Shown here: in pieces, positions 12,201-25,741 of the stretch
Layout: every line of letters starts with the position of its first letter
Position numbering within the stretch: position 1 is the first letter of the stretch
Assembly (NCBI GenBank): GCA_002269645.1
Contig: NIVC01000652.1
Coordinates: 248,001-312,000 of the forward strand
Origin: Macrostomum lignano
Lineage: Eukaryota
Length of the DNA: 64,000 nt
Direction: 5' to 3'
Translations under genes and position numbers: made by a program
Notes under the pieces: generated by a model
What the model was told of the DNA's origin: nothing
Database searches by the model: none
The model's input: the letters and a program-made list of their open reading frames with translations, nothing else

Positions 12201-15200
12201 AATGTGGTGAACACGAGCGGGAGCAGGTCGCCTTTCACCTGACTGTCGTCCAACTTCTCCACCAGAACGTCGCTGTGCTCAACCAGCACCAGGGTGACCT
12301 TAGGGGATGGATTGAGTTTCCTGTTGCACCGACGGTTCCTCTGCTGTCTGATCAAAGTTCAATAAAGGTCAACTTTTCGTGTTTACTCCTTCCCCCTCTC
12401 TCCCGCGGTATTGTTGAGCCAAACTCAACCATCCCTCCATGAGCGCATGACAGATCTGCATTGCTGATTAAATATATAAGCCAGAGCAGAGCAGAGCTGC
12501 TCAGCAGTGCCCTCTCTGCATGGAGTCAGAGAGTTCAGCTATTGAATTTGCCGCATCTTGATGCACGCAGCGATACCCATCTGCCCTGGCCTCATTCAGT
12601 ATTCACAGCCTCATGGACTCCTCTCCGATGTCGGGCCCGTCCGATGTGCTCACCAGTGAGGAATTCGGGCCAAACGCTGACCTCCCCACTCCGACTACGA
12701 AAACGGAAAGAGGCGAATTGAGGCGAAAAAGGCTTAGCGGAGAGCCTGCAAATCAGGGCCGACAGCGGAATGCTGGGAGGGACGGGGCGAAGCAGCTCTG
12801 CTGGTCAAGATTGAAAGAGTTCGGAGCGGCAGCCGTAATGACCCGAGCTGCTCCGGCCGCGACTCCACTCTCACTGATCTTTTTTGATGGCTAATTAGGG
12901 AGACGGCAAGGAAAAGCTCGCTCGGAGAATGCTGCAACTCTGTGATGCAGGTGAGCATTGTCTAAATTAGTTAAGGAATTGAAGCTAGGGTTCTTCGTAA
13001 TCCCGGGATTACAAGCTTCTGGGATTTTGACATCCTTATTTGAACAGATGGAGAGGGAGTTCACAAGACCGAAATTTCACAGCGCCAACAAACTACTGCT
13101 TGGTCTTTGTTATTATATTAAGTTTTCTACGATGTGAAGTGACGGCTTTTGAAGGACAATGCAGTAGTTTTCGGCGTAGTGAAATTTCGGTCTTATGAAA
13201 GCGGCCCGCACAGATCCTGTCAAAGACTAAAACTCACACAGGATCTCTTTGGAAACAAAGATTTTCTTTAAGAACGGATAAGAGCGATATTGGAAAATTT
13301 TAGACAGCGAAATTTTATGAGACAATCCGAAATACGGGCTAGGATTTTATTTTCGTTAGATTGCTAATATAGCTCGTTAGATTGCTAATTAGATTGCTAA
13401 TATACCTAATTAACTCCAGCGGGGGGTTGAGTTTAAACCTGGGGTGATGATAGGAGATAATAGTAGAAACGAAACTGGCCAATTGCTTTGATAGTTTGGG
13501 GAGGTTTGAAATGGAGCCGATTATAACTTGATAAGAAGACAATGAACATTGTGCGGCTTATACGCAAGATAATTTGAGAGGGCTAAAGTGGAACTGACGA
13601 AAACTGGATAGAAAGGAAAATAGTGTACTTTGTGTGAGCTCCCGCACTATGGTCAGGCCTGAACTGGATAGAAAGGAAAATAGTGTACTTTGTGTGAGCT
13701 CCCGCACTATGGTCAGGCCTGAACTGGATAGAAAGGAAAATAGTGTACTTTGTGTGAGCTCCCGCACTATGGTCAGGCCTGAACTGGATAGAAAGGAAAA
13801 TAGTGTACTTTGTGTGAGCTCCCGCACTATGGTCAGGCCTGAACTGGATAGAAAGGAAAATAGTGTACTTTGTGTGAGCTCCCGCACTATGGTCAGGCCT
13901 GAACTGGATAGAAAGGAAAATAGTGTACTTTGTGTGAGCTCCCGCACTATGGTCAGGCCTGAACTGGATAGAAAGGAAAATAGTGTACTTTGTGTGAGCT
14001 CCCGCACTATGGTCAGGCCTGAACTGGATAGAAAGGAAAATAGTGTACTTTGTGTGAGCTCCCGCACTATGGTCAGGCCTGAACTGGATAGAAAGGAAAA
14101 TAAATTGTACTTTGTGTGGCTCCCGCACTATGGTCAGGCCTGAACTCGATAGAAAGGAAAATAAATTGTACATTGTGTGAGCTCCCGCACTATGGTCAGG
14201 CCTAAACTAGATAGAAAGGAAAGTACAATGTACATTGTGTGGCTCCCGCAATAGCTGATTGGACAGGGTTGAACTGGAACCGATGATAAAGGTTTAGATA
14301 GCAGACGACAACGTCAGACGCATAATCAAAAGTGTTGCACAAGCCTAGCAGACGCACCTGCGCCGTTTTGGGCCGTCGAAGCACCCCCAGTGTGTGCTCG
14401 CATAGGTGCTGACGGAACTCCTCGGGCCCGACCTGCATCACCGCCCGCAGCAGGCAGGGCAGCACGTAGGGCGTCAGGTCGGCCGTCAGCTGCAGATTCT
14501 CCGCCACCAGCGGGCAGACCCGCTTGAACAGGATGTTCTGTGCGGGCAAGTTGAGGCATTGAAGGTCATCTCGTAGAAGCCATGAATTTTTTTATTAAAA
14601 ACTTGCTCAATTCAGTTTGTACTGAGCTGCCTGGATTCTGAGAGGGAGGTGGCCAAACCATATCTATACTCATATTTAATCTGCCGCCTTAGAGTCCCTA
14701 GGGCAAAAACTTCCAAATCACAATGGCAGCTGCCTTGTGGAGCAGCCGCTGGTGAATAATTCAGGACTCGAGTCCGAATCGATAAGACTCAGTCGCTTCC
14801 AGCCAACTCCAGTAATTAAAGTAGAGCAAGTGCCGGCTTGCGATTTCGGAATCGCTAAACTTTATAGTAGGAACTCGGTGCAGCCAGAGCAGGGAAAATT
14901 ACCCTTTTCTTCCCAGCAGGGGTGCTTCTGCATTGAGTAGTTTGATTGAGCTGCTCAATGGGCTTGGAACTTCTCCAATAGAATTTGCTCACTGATTGGT
15001 TGGAGGGATTTGAGTGCACTCAGGCTTGCAGTCTGCCGATTGCGTAACTTCTAAATGAACTGCGCATGCGATCAGTGAAACTTCCAACTTTCCCCAAGGT
15101 TTCGAAAGGAATTTTAAATGCAAAAATATTTTTTAGGAAAGTCAGGGACCCAAGGGTAGTCAGGGATCCAAGGGTAGTCAGGGACCCAAGGGTAGTCAGG

Positions 15201-18200
15201 GATCCAAGGGTAGTCAGGGACCCAAGGGTAGTCAGGGATCCAAGGGTAGTCAGGGACCAAGGGTAGTCAGGGACCCAAGGGTAGTCAAAGACCCAAGGGT
15301 GGCCAGGGATCCAAGGGTAGTCAGGGAACAAGGGTAGTCAGGGAACAAGGGTAGTCAGGGATCCAAGGATAGTCAGGGATCCAAGGGTGTTCAGAGATCC
15401 AAGGGTAGTCAGGGATCCAAGGGTAGTCAGGGATCCAAGGGTAGTCAGGGATCCAAGGGTAGTCAGGGATCCAAGGGTAGTCAGGGATCCAAGGGTAGTC
15501 AGGGATCCAAGGGTAGTCAGGGATCCAAGGGTAGTCAGGGATCCAAGGGTAGTCAGGGATCCAAGGGTAGTCAGGGATCCAAGGGTAGTCAGGGATCCAA
15601 GGGTAGTCAGGGATCCAAGGGTAGTCAGGGATCCAAGGGTAGTCAGGGATCCAAGGGTAGTCAGGGATCCAAGGGTAGTCAGGGATCCAAGGGTAGTCAG
15701 GGATCCAAGGGTAGTCAGGGATCCAAGGGTAGTCAGGGATCCAAGGGTAGTCAGGGATCCAAGGGTAGTCAGGGATCCAAGGGTAGTCAGGGAACAAGGG
15801 TAGTCAGGGATCCAAGGGTAGTCAGGGATCCAAGGGTAGTCAGGGATCCAAGGGTAGTCAGGGATCCAAGGGTAGTCAGGGATCCAAGCCAGCTCACCTT
15901 GGGAAACTGCTCCCTCATCATGGTCTGCATGAGCAGACTGAAGAACTCCTTCTTCTGCTCAACCGTCTTGGCCTCGCAGGTGACCAGGCCCTCCAGAGCC
16001 AGCAGCAGCGGATCCTGGAAGTACTTGTTCTGCAGGCGGAGCACAAAAAGTGAAATAGCAGCAGCTCCAACATGCAGCAGGTTTTGTTTCTGCTAAGACA
16101 GCATGAGATCCCCATGAATCTCCCATCCCCCACAGGAAGCGGAGATGCCACAGAAGTCATGCAAGTTAAACAGCGGCTCTGATTCCCTAGAGCAGGTGGG
16201 TTTTCTCCCTTCTCAAGCCCTCTTATGAGCCCTCAGCTGGTGGAGGCTGGGTTCGGCATCAGCGATCGCATTTTATCCCGTGGAGCAAGCAGAGCAGCCA
16301 GCAGAGGGATGGAAAAGTGCTTCCAGTGGGCGTGTGACGAATCTCTGTCGCTACTTCTGCCTCTGAGCCGCTGTCATGTCGCTCTCCGTGTTTCGTTCAT
16401 TTTTCAGCTTTTAATTTAAATAATTTTTCCATCCCGCACTCTTCTGCTTCTGGCTGGGGGCTCCGAGACTCCCCGCTTGTTCTCTGCTTTTTATCTAGCC
16501 TGATTTCTACCGCGGGATGAATCTGCTTTGCTGTTAGTATGCTGAGCCGCTCTGGCGGCTGGCTAATCGAATTTACCGAGAGCTTTGAGATGAAGGAGGC
16601 TGGGCGCCGAGTTGAGGGAATCCGGATCAGGGATTATGGAGCGCTAAGTGACGGACTGAATGCGCGCTTGGAAAGAGTGAGGGGCGGAAAGAAAGAGTGA
16701 GGGGCGGAGGGAAAGAGTGAGGGGCGGAAGGAAAGAGTGAGGCGCGGAAGGAAAGAGTGAGGGGCGGAAGGAAAGGATGAGGGGCGGAAGGAAAGGATGA
16801 GGGGCGGAAGGAAAGGATGAGGGGCGGAAGGAAAGGATGAGGGGCGGAAGGAAAGGATGAGGGGCGGAAGGAAAGGATGAGGGGCGGAAGGAAAGGATGA
16901 GGGGCGGAAGGAAAGGATGAGGGGCGGAAGGAAAGAGTGAGGGGCGGAAGGAAAGAGTGAGGGGTGGAAGGAAAGAGTGAGGGGCGGAGGGAAAGAGTGA
17001 GGGGCGGAAGGAAATAGTGAGGGGCGGAAGGAAATAGTGAGGGGCGGAAGGAAATAGTGAGGGGCGGAAGGAAAGAGTGAGGGGCGGAAGGAAAGGATGA
17101 GGGGCGGAAGGAAAGGATGAGGGGCGGAAAGAAAGGATGAAGGGCGGAAGGAAAGGATGAGGGGCGGAAGGAAAGGATGAGGGGCGGAAGGAAAGGATGA
17201 GGGGCGGAAGGAAAGATTGAGGGGCGAAAGGAAAGAGTGAGGCGCGGAAGGAAAGAGTGAGGGGCGGAAGGAAAGAGTGAGGCGCGGAAGGAAAGAGTGA
17301 GGGGCGGAAGGAAAGGATGAGGGGCGGAAGGAAAGGATGAGGGGCGGAAGGAAAGAGTGAGGGGCGGAAGGAAAGAGTGAGGCGCGGAATGAAAGAGTGA
17401 GGCGCGGAAGGAAAGAGTGAGGCGCGGAATGAAAGAGTGAGGCGCGGAAGGAAAGAGTGAGGGGCGGAGGGAAAGAGTGAGGGGCGGAGGGAAAGAGTGA
17501 GGGGCGGAAGGAAAGAGTGAGGGGCGGAAGGAAAGAGTGAGGGGCGGAAGGAAAGGATGAGGGGCGGAAGGAAAGGATGAGGGGCGGAAGGAAAGGATGA
17601 GGGGCGGAAGGAAAGGATGAGGGGCGGAAGGAAAGATTGAGGGGCGAAAGGAAAGAGTGAGGCGCGGAAGGAAAGAGTGAGGGGCGGAGGGAAAGAGTGA
17701 GGGGCGGAAGGAAAGAGTGAGGGGCGGAAGGAAAGGATGAGGGGCGGAAGGAAAGAGTGAGGGGCGGAAGGAAAGAGTGAGGCGCGGAAGGAAAGAGTGA
17801 GGCGCGGAAGGAAAGAGTGAGGCGCGGAATGAAAGAGTGAGGCGCGGAAGGAAAGAGTGAGGGGCGGAGGGAAAGAGTGAGGGGCGGAGGGAAAGAGTGA
17901 TGGCGGAAGGAAAGAGTGAGGGGCGGAAGGAAAGAGTGAGGCGCGGAAGGAAAGAGTGAGGGGCGGAAGGAAATAGTGAGAGATTATGCAGAACGAACCA
18001 TGCTGAGCAGCTGTGCAGAAGGCCGGTGGCGCGGCTCCCTGTCCAGCATCTTCTCCACCAGCTCGGCCAGCTCGCAGGGCAGTTGCGTCAGCGCCTTCGG
18101 CAGATTCACTGGCAGCTGCAGTGAGAAGAGGTTTGAGAATTGAGAATTTGAGATGCTCTCAGCTACTGCCCTGCCACAGTGAGAATGTACAGTTAAAATG

Positions 18201-21200
18201 AGAGTCTGCTTGAAGTCTGTCACCTCCTCGACCTTGCGGTGGTACTGCTGGCTACTGCGCCCAGCGTCCAGCAGGGAGACGCCGCCGTTGAAGATGGCTT
18301 GAATGACGAGGCCCAGCGAGAAAATGTCGCAGGCCTGAGTGGCCTTGCCGTAGATCTGCAGGTCCGGCGCCAGGTAGTCAAGATCGGGCTGTGCCATCTT
18401 CGGCAGCTTGGAGGTCCACTGGGTGAAGTTGTAGGCCTCCTAGGATTGAAGAGGGGCACGGGTGCACCTGGGAATCGGTGGTGACAAACTGGGAATCGGC
18501 GGTGACAAACTGGGAATCGGCGGTGACAAACTGGGAATCGGCGGTGACAAACTGGGAATCGGTAGTGACAAACTGGGTATGGGAAGCTGCATCACTGGGT
18601 ATGGGAAGCTGCATCACTGGGTATGGGAAGCTGCATCACTGGGTATGGGAAGCTGCATTACTGGGTATGGGAAGCTGCATTACTGGGTATGGGAAGCTGC
18701 ATCACTGGATATGGGAAGCTGCATCACTGGGTATGGGAAGCTGCATCACTTGCCAAAAACGCGAAACTCACATGCAACGTGCTCGACTTTTCCACGAACC
18801 CTAGGCCGGAGAGTTTCCAGCATCCTCGCTTGGTGATGAGGATGGAGCAGGGGCTCACATTGCCGTGAATCACCTTCTGAGTGCAGTGAAGGTACTTCAA
18901 AGCCTCGTTTATCTGCGAGTTCGAGTTGTTTAAACCGGTTAGTTCACAATTGGATAGGTAAAAATTCAGTAAACTGTAACTTACCTGGAAAATTCCATGC
19001 TTGATCTCCAGATCCGTCAGGCTCTCCTGAGAATGGAAAACAAATTTTATGCTGCTGTGATCAAAGACTCGTGTACTCTGAAATGCTCATAGTTCAACTC
19101 CGTATGAGGTTCAGTTATGTCAGGGATCTCATGGCAGAGTGAGAGACAGATCTCATGTTAGAGTGGGAAACAGATCCCATGTCAGAGTGATAGACTGGCC
19201 CCATGTCAGAGTGTAGACAGATCCTATGTCAGAGTGATGGACTGGCCCCATGTCAGAGTGATAGATTGGCCCCATGTCAGAGTGAGGGGACAGATCCCAT
19301 GTTAGAGTGATAGACTTGCCCCATGTCAGAGTGAGGGGACAGATCCCATGTCAGAGTGATAGACTGGCCCCATGTCAGAGTGAGGGGACAGATCCCATGT
19401 CAGAGTGATAGACTTGCCCCATATCAGAGTGATAGACGGATCCCATGTCAGAGTGATAGACTTGCCCCATATCAGAGTGATAGACGGATCCCATGTCAGA
19501 GTGATAGACTGGCCCCATATCAGAGTGATAGACGGATCCCATGTCAGAGTGATAGACTGGCCCCATGTCAGAGTGAGGGGACAAAATCTCTTAAAAGCCA
19601 GAAAACACTGCAAGGCACAATCCCGGGAAATGTTTCCCAGCGGATAAGCAGGCAAACAACGAAGCAGAGAATGAAACCTGGGCTTCCGTCAGTCAAAAAC
19701 TCCAGCAGGCCTCAATATTTAAAAGGAGGGTTTCGGCTTCGATTCATTGCAGTCTTCCAAAATAAAAACAATGTCTTGGAAGTCTGTAAAGCCAGCCCCG
19801 GGGCCGGTTCTGTCTGGCTGAGCACTTTAGCTCTACCCGCCACTCCCTTCGCGAACAGATGCTGATGGGGCACAATGGCCCTAGAATGCCCTCTCTCGAC
19901 CGCTCTTGTCCCGGTGAAAAAAGACACAAATGGGGGTCGCTGGATAGCCAGCCAAGATCCCCAATCAGCTCCCAGCGAATCCGTCTCGCGGATACAATGA
20001 GTGGCGCACGCCTCGTGTCGTACTTTTTTATTTGATTGGCAGGCGTTATAGTCCTTCATCTTTGGTGCTCAGACTCCGAAACCCTGCTCGTTAAATATAG
20101 AGGTAGTACGGCGCTGGCTCCATTTTGCTCCAAATTCGTGTTCCACTATAACTGTTGCTGCCAGTTATGCTAAAAGCTTTTAATGGGCTAGATTCTCAAC
20201 AATTATTTTGTATCTCAGGTCCAGTTATGCCTCTTTTGTCAGAGACTCCGAGCAATAGAAAAAGTACATTGCAGCTTGCTTCCTTCGTGCCATCAACCTC
20301 AGTTATATTCAATGTACATCGCAGCTGAATTTCTCTCCCTCAGACACCCCGCTATTCAATGCACATCGCAGCTGAATTTCTATCCCTCAGACACCCCACT
20401 ATTCAATGCACATCGCAGCTGAATTTCTCTCCCTCAGACACTCCACTATTCAATGCACATCGCAGCTGAATTTCTCTCCCTCAGACACCCCGCTATTCAA
20501 TGCACATCGCAGCAGAATTTCTCTCCCTCAGACACCCCGCTATTCAATGCACATCGCAGCTGAATTTCTCTCCCTCAGACACCCCGCTATTCAATGCACA
20601 TCGCAGCAGAATTTCTCTCCCTCAGACACCCCGCTATTCAATGCACATCGCAGCAGAATTTCTCTCCCTCAGACACCCCACTATTCAATGTACATCGCAG
20701 CTGAATTTCTCTCCCTCAGACACCCCACTATTCAATGTACATCGCAGCTGAATTTCTCTCCCTCAGACACCCCGCTATTCAATGCACATCGCAGCAGAAT
20801 TTCTCTCCCTCAGACACCCCGCTATTCAATGCACATCGCAGCAGAATTTCTCTCCCTCAGACACCCCGCTATTCAATGCACATCGCAGCAGAATTTCTCT
20901 CCCTCAGACACCCCACTATTCAATGTACATCGCAGCTGAATTTCTCTCCCTCAGACACCCCACTATTCAATGTACATCGCAGCTGAATTTCTCTCCCTCA
21001 GACACCCCGCTATTCAATGTACATCGCAACTGAATTTCTATCCCTCAGACACCCCACTATTCAATTTACATCGCAGCTGAATTTCCTTGGCAGCGCAGAG
21101 AGCCTCACCTTGATCTCGGCCGGCACAGACGACGAAATTCGGTCGCACTTTCCAAGAAAATTGGCCAGGCTGCCCCAGATTGGCTCGGTGGCGAAGCCCA

Positions 21201-24200
21201 GACTGTCGCTGCAAATTTCGAGCAGTATTTAGTAGAATTATTATCACCCGCAATAGCAGGTGAGCTGGTGCTGTCTCTCACCTGCAGTCCTCGGCTGGAT
21301 GCCAGATCTGCAGCAGTTTCGGGTGCTTGAACCGCTCCAGGTAGCGAACCTCGCGACGCAGAATCTCCGACACAGTTTCCTTTCGCTTGGGCTTGTGCAG
21401 CTTGTCGGCGATCTTCTTGTCGAACAGCAGCAGCGAGGCCTCCTGGAGTGCAGCAACACCCGGTGGTGACATAAAAAACTAGGATTGAGTTCTCACAGAA
21501 TCTGCCAGATTTTGGGCATCCGCATCAATTGCGACTTCCCATTTGGGAGGCATTAAAGCTACAGACGGATGGCAGCAGGGGAATCCCTACGTGTCTCCTG
21601 TCAGAGCCGCATGAATTTCATTGCCGCCCTGGGAGCGCAGCAGAGTTGGGGGGGGGGGGAAATGTACTTGTCTGTCCCCGTGTCTGCCCCCAGTTGATAA
21701 GTGAAAGGAGCGAGTAAAAATAGAGGCAGTGGGAGGCAGAGGCAGTCACGTCTCTCAGGAACTCTGGCTGAATCAGATTAGCTGCGGCATCCTAATGAGA
21801 CCCGGCCGCCAACTAATCACCTCCAATCAGATTGAGCTCTTTGATCAGCAGCTCGCAGCGGACGGTGCCGCGGCTGTCGGGGCATTGGGCGGCATTGATC
21901 ATCGGAACCGGAAGGGAACGGATCGGACAGGGGGCCGGACCCTCACTTCCGGAGCGTCTCCTCTCTCCCTCCTGCTGTCTGTCTTCGAGTTTTCAAAATC
22001 GTCGGGTTTCGTTAAAAAAGACTGACTTCGACTTTTCGTCAAATCAAGATTTTCAATTTCCGCAGCAGGCAGACTGTGGGAAAGGAATTTGAGAAGAAGA
22101 TATTCGAGAATTAGGAGTTCGAAGGGGAGATTCGAGAAGTGAGATTCGGGAAGGAGATTCGAGAAGGGAGATTCGAGAAGGGAGATTCGGAAGGGGAGAT
22201 TCGGGAGGGGAGATTCGGAAGGGGAGATTCGGGAGGAGAGATTCTTGAGACTTACTGCTGAGATTCGGGAGGAGAGATTCGGGAGGAGAGATTCGGGAGG
22301 AGAGATTCTTGAGGAGAGATTCTTGAGACTTACTGCTGAGATTCGGGAGGAGAGATTCGGGAGGAGAGATTCTCGAGACTTACTGCTGAGATTCGGGAGG
22401 AGAGATTCGGGAGGAGAGATTCTTGAGACTTACTGCTGAGATTCGGGAGGAGAGATTCGGGAGGAGAGATTCTCGAGACTTACTGCTGAGATTCGGGAGG
22501 AGAGATTCGGGAGGAGAGATTCGGGAGGAGAGATTCTTGAGACTTACTGCTGAGATTCGGGAGGAGAGATTCGGGAGGAGAGATTCTCGAGACTTACTGC
22601 TGAGATTCGGGAGGAGAGATTCGGGAGGAGAGATTCGGAGGAGAGATTCTCGAGACTTACTGCTGAGATTCGGGAGGAGAGATTCGGGAGGAGAGATTCG
22701 GGAGGAGAGATTCTTGAGACTTACTGCTGAGATTCGGGAGGAGAGATTCGGGAGGAGAGATTCTCGAGACTTACTGCTGAGATTCGGGAGGAGAGATTCG
22801 GGAGGAGAGATTCGGGAGGAGAGATTCTTGAGACTTACTGCTGAGATTCGGGAGGAGAGATTCGGGAGGAGAGATTCGGGAGGAGAGATTCTTGAGACTT
22901 ACTGCTGAGATTAGGGAGGGTAGTTATGAGAGGGAAGATTGGAGATTAGAGATGAGTGGGGATTCAGAACAGAAGGGGAGAGGCAAAGAAGAACATTGAC
23001 TTTTTCTCTTTCAGTTCGCTGTCGGCATAGAAAAAGAAAGGCATGAGTGCGCAGGAAAATTATTTAAAGCAATTTTCCCAGTCGGTGGGATCCTCTCGCG
23101 GCGAAGCCCCACTTTCATTTGTGATGACGCGCAGTCCGCAGACTTCAATGCTAGGAATTTTCCTCAATAGGCCCCTCGCTATCTCTCCCTCTGTCTGTTT
23201 TCCCTCCCATGCACCCTGTCTCTGGAATTTTCACCCGCCCAGCTTTTTTGAGTCATCGATGATGAATTGAGACTCGCGTGTGAGCTGCAGCACGTGCTGT
23301 TTCCTGGCACGGGGCGGGGACGGCAAAGGCGCTTTTTTTCAGCACCCATCGAGATTCGCTCCCATGACAACTCCCTCCTCCCTGACGGGTTCTTGAGTTC
23401 CGGCAGGCTTCATTCTAAATGAGGAATCCAAAATGAAGCTCTTGTGCAGTCTAGGGCAACAGTCTGTTAATAAGGTTAATTCGTCAATACGAGTTAATCC
23501 ATAAACAGCGTAGATTCTAGCTGGAGAACGCACAGCGCTAAATGAGCTTTTTCCATAGACAAACTATGTCGAGACACAAGTCCACAACTGCGAGCTCCTC
23601 ACCGGCCTCCAGCTCCATTACTAAGAAAATCGAGTCTGGCACCCTTCCACAACCTATGCGTTCCTCACCGGCCTGCAGGTTGTTTCTAAGAAAATCGAGT
23701 CTGGCACCCTTCCACAACTTTGCGTTCCTCACCGGCCTGCAGGTTGTTTCTAAGAAAATCGAGTCTGGCACCCTTCCACAACTTTGCGTTCCTCACCGGC
23801 CTGCAGGTTGTTTCTAAGAAAATCGAGTCTGGCACCCTTCCACAACTTTGCGTTCCTCACCGGCCTGCAGGTTGTTTCTAAGAAAATCGAGTCTGGCACC
23901 CTTCCACTTCAGCTGTCCATGTTTTTTTCATTTCAACTCTAACGCTTCTGCCGTTGACGGAATTCAAATTTTTATTAGCAATGCCCAACACGGCAGTTCA
24001 TGGCGACAATCGACAGTTGCAAGGCCTGCCATTCCGAATCGCGACAAGCCTGAAGACGTTGTCTGGGCAAAAACATTTTGAATCGTGATTTGCTTTGCTG
24101 AAAAATTCAGATGAACTGCCAGCGCCGAGACGAGTCCCGGGAACGAAGAGCCGTTGGCCAGTTGTACCGGTGATTGAGCACCTGCTTACCTGGCTTGGGG

Positions 24201-25511
24201 GAAGCAGGCGACACGGACCCAGAATCTCTTCTTCATCATCATTCTAAATGTTTTTTTCAGCCCTCGTCCAAGTCTCTTCTCGTATGCGATTGAATTTTCA
24301 CAGCGAGCGCAGCTGATTGATCACCTGAGCAGCTGCTCACACTGGGCAACCCCCACCGCCGGGTTTGAGAAGGAGGTTCTTCTTCTCACTCACTTCTACT
24401 CAATTAGTTTAGCATTGGTTTTTGTCACCGCTGAGGTTTGCAAAGCCGCTGGATAGAAGCTTTCGGCTCGGCTCGTTCAGCAGGAGCTCAAAGCTACTTC
24501 TTTAGGGGAAGGGAACCGTAGGCAGAGCGTCCACCTCTGGGAATCCTGCAGCTCAAAGCAATGAATGATAGATCATTCGAGACATTTGCCTTGCTTACTT
24601 TGCAGAAACTCTAGGACTGAGGAAGTGTGTTGTATTGAAGAAGGAATAAAGTACAGAATAGAGGGACGCAGGACCAGAGGGACACAGGACCAGAGGGACG
24701 CAGGACCAGAGGGACGCAGGACCAGAGGGACGCAGGACCAGAGGGACGCAGGACCAGAGGGACGCAGGACCAGAGGGACGCAGGACCAGAGGGACGCAGG
24801 ACCAGAGGGACGCAGGACCAGAGGGACGCAGGACCAGAGGGACGCAGGACCAGAGGGACGCAGGACCAGAGGGACGCAGGACCAGAGGGACGCAGGACCA
24901 GAGGGACGCAGGACCAGAGGACGCAGGACCAGAGGGACGCAGGACCAGAGGGACGCAGGACCAGAGGGACGCAGGACCAGAGGGACGCAGGACCAGAGGG
25001 ACGCAGGACCAGAGGGACGCAGGACCAGAGGGACGCAGGACCAGAGGGACGCAGGACCAGAGGGACGCAGGACCAGAGGGACGCAGGACCAGAGGGACGC
25101 AGGACCAGAGGGACGCAGGACCAGAGGGACGCAGGACCAGAGGGACGCAGGACCAGAGGGACGCAGGACCAGAGGGACGCAGGACCAGAGGGACGCAGGA
25201 CCAGAGGGACGCAGGACCAGAGGACGCAGGACCAGAGGGACGCAGGACCAGAGGGACGCAGGACCAGAGGGACGCAGGACCAGAGGGACGCAGGACCAGA
25301 GGGACGCAGGACCAGAGGGACGCAGGACCAGAGGGACGCAGGACCAGAGGGACGCAGGACCAAAGGATCTCACCTTTCCATCATCAGCCCGAACAGCCTC
25401 AAACACTTTCCAAACGAGCTCTTGCCCGGCGCTGCCCGTCTGCCGCCGAGTCTGAAACATCCGAAGCAGCGGATTCGAGTTCGTGTCGTGCCCGGCCGCG
25501 GAGGAGCGCAT
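9293..25511 (-). CDS. SCYL2: SCY1-like protein 2 (CVAK104-type pseudokinase + HEAT repeats), multi-exon
   Basis: Phase-consistent GT-AG exons: 25511-25374, 21442-21282, 21208-21109, 19026-18985, 18912-18772, 18439-18224, 18115-17999, 16029-15898, 14537-14358, 12298-12176, 11876-11763, 11312-11180, 9869-9638, 9516-9293. Translation includes [67 protein letters not shown], and [18 protein letters not shown], matching recalled SCYL2 motifs. HGN replaces HRD and GLG replaces DFG, as expected for this pseudokinase family. The true start may lie further upstream. Confidence 0.88.
10078..11093. repeat. 12-bp minisatellite (CCGCCTCTCTAT)n, intronic
   Basis: Direct reading; lies in the SCYL2 intron 11179-9870. 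Confidence 0.95.
11403..11722. repeat. 16-bp minisatellite (GTGGGGTGCTGTTGGA)n
   Basis: Direct reading. Confidence 0.95.
13060..13199. mobile_element. MITE-like element with 21-bp inverted repeats
   Basis: TTCACAAGACCGAAATTTCAC (13060-13080) versus GTGAAATTTCGGTCTTATGAA (13179-13199): 20/21 reverse-complement match. No target-site duplication identified. Confidence 0.5.
13602..14250. repeat. 60-bp minisatellite, about 10 copies
   Basis: Successive 60-nt sequence lines are identical. Confidence 0.95.
15140..15888. repeat. 18-bp minisatellite (AGGGATCCAAGGGTAGTC)n
   Basis: Direct reading; abuts the donor at 15897. Confidence 0.95.
16670..17980. repeat. 20-bp purine-rich minisatellite (GAGGGGCGGAAGGAAAGAGT)n
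   Basis: Direct reading; abuts the donor at 17998. Confidence 0.95.
18470..18750. repeat. Two juxtaposed 21/22-bp minisatellites sharing an ACTGGG start
   Basis: CTGGGAATCGGCGGTGACAAA followed by ACTGGGTATGGGAAGCTGCATC. Confidence 0.9.
19130..19582. repeat. About 24-bp minisatellite with alternating variants
   Basis: AGAGTGATAGACTGGCCCCATGTC and AGAGTGATAGACGGATCCCATGTC units. Confidence 0.9.
20305..21085. repeat. 47-bp minisatellite
   Basis: TATTCAATGCACATCGCAGCTGAATTTCTCTCCCTCAGACACCCCGC units; abuts the donor at 21108. Confidence 0.95.
22105..22910. repeat. Compound minisatellite (GAGATTCGGGAGGAG units interspersed with ATTCTTGAGACTTACTGCT)
   Basis: Direct reading. Confidence 0.9.
23620..23905. 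repeat. 64-bp minisatellite, about 4.5 copies
   Basis: GAGTCTGGCAC recurs at 23697, 23761, 23825, 23889. Confidence 0.9.
24661..25362. repeat. 16-bp minisatellite (GAGGGACGCAGGACCA)n
   Basis: Direct reading; abuts the donor at 25373. Confidence 0.95.
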
Positions 25512-25635
25512 GCTGTTGCGGCGGCGCCTGCCTGACTGCTGAGGTTGCGCCAGACCTGCCCTGCGGATCTGAGAAATTTCCCTGCACTGAGGATGGCTGA
25601 GAGTTGCTTAGAGTCGAGAGTTGTTTAGAGTTTCT

Positions 25636-25741
25636 GAGAGTCGCTGAGAGTCGCTGAGAGTCGCTGAGAGTCGCTGAGAGTCGCTGAGAGTCGCTGAGAG
25701 TCGCTGAGAGTCGCTGAGAGTCGCTGAGAGTCGCTGAGAGT
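25636..25741. repeat. 10-bp repeat (GAGTCGCTGA)n
   Basis: Direct reading. Confidence 0.9.
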
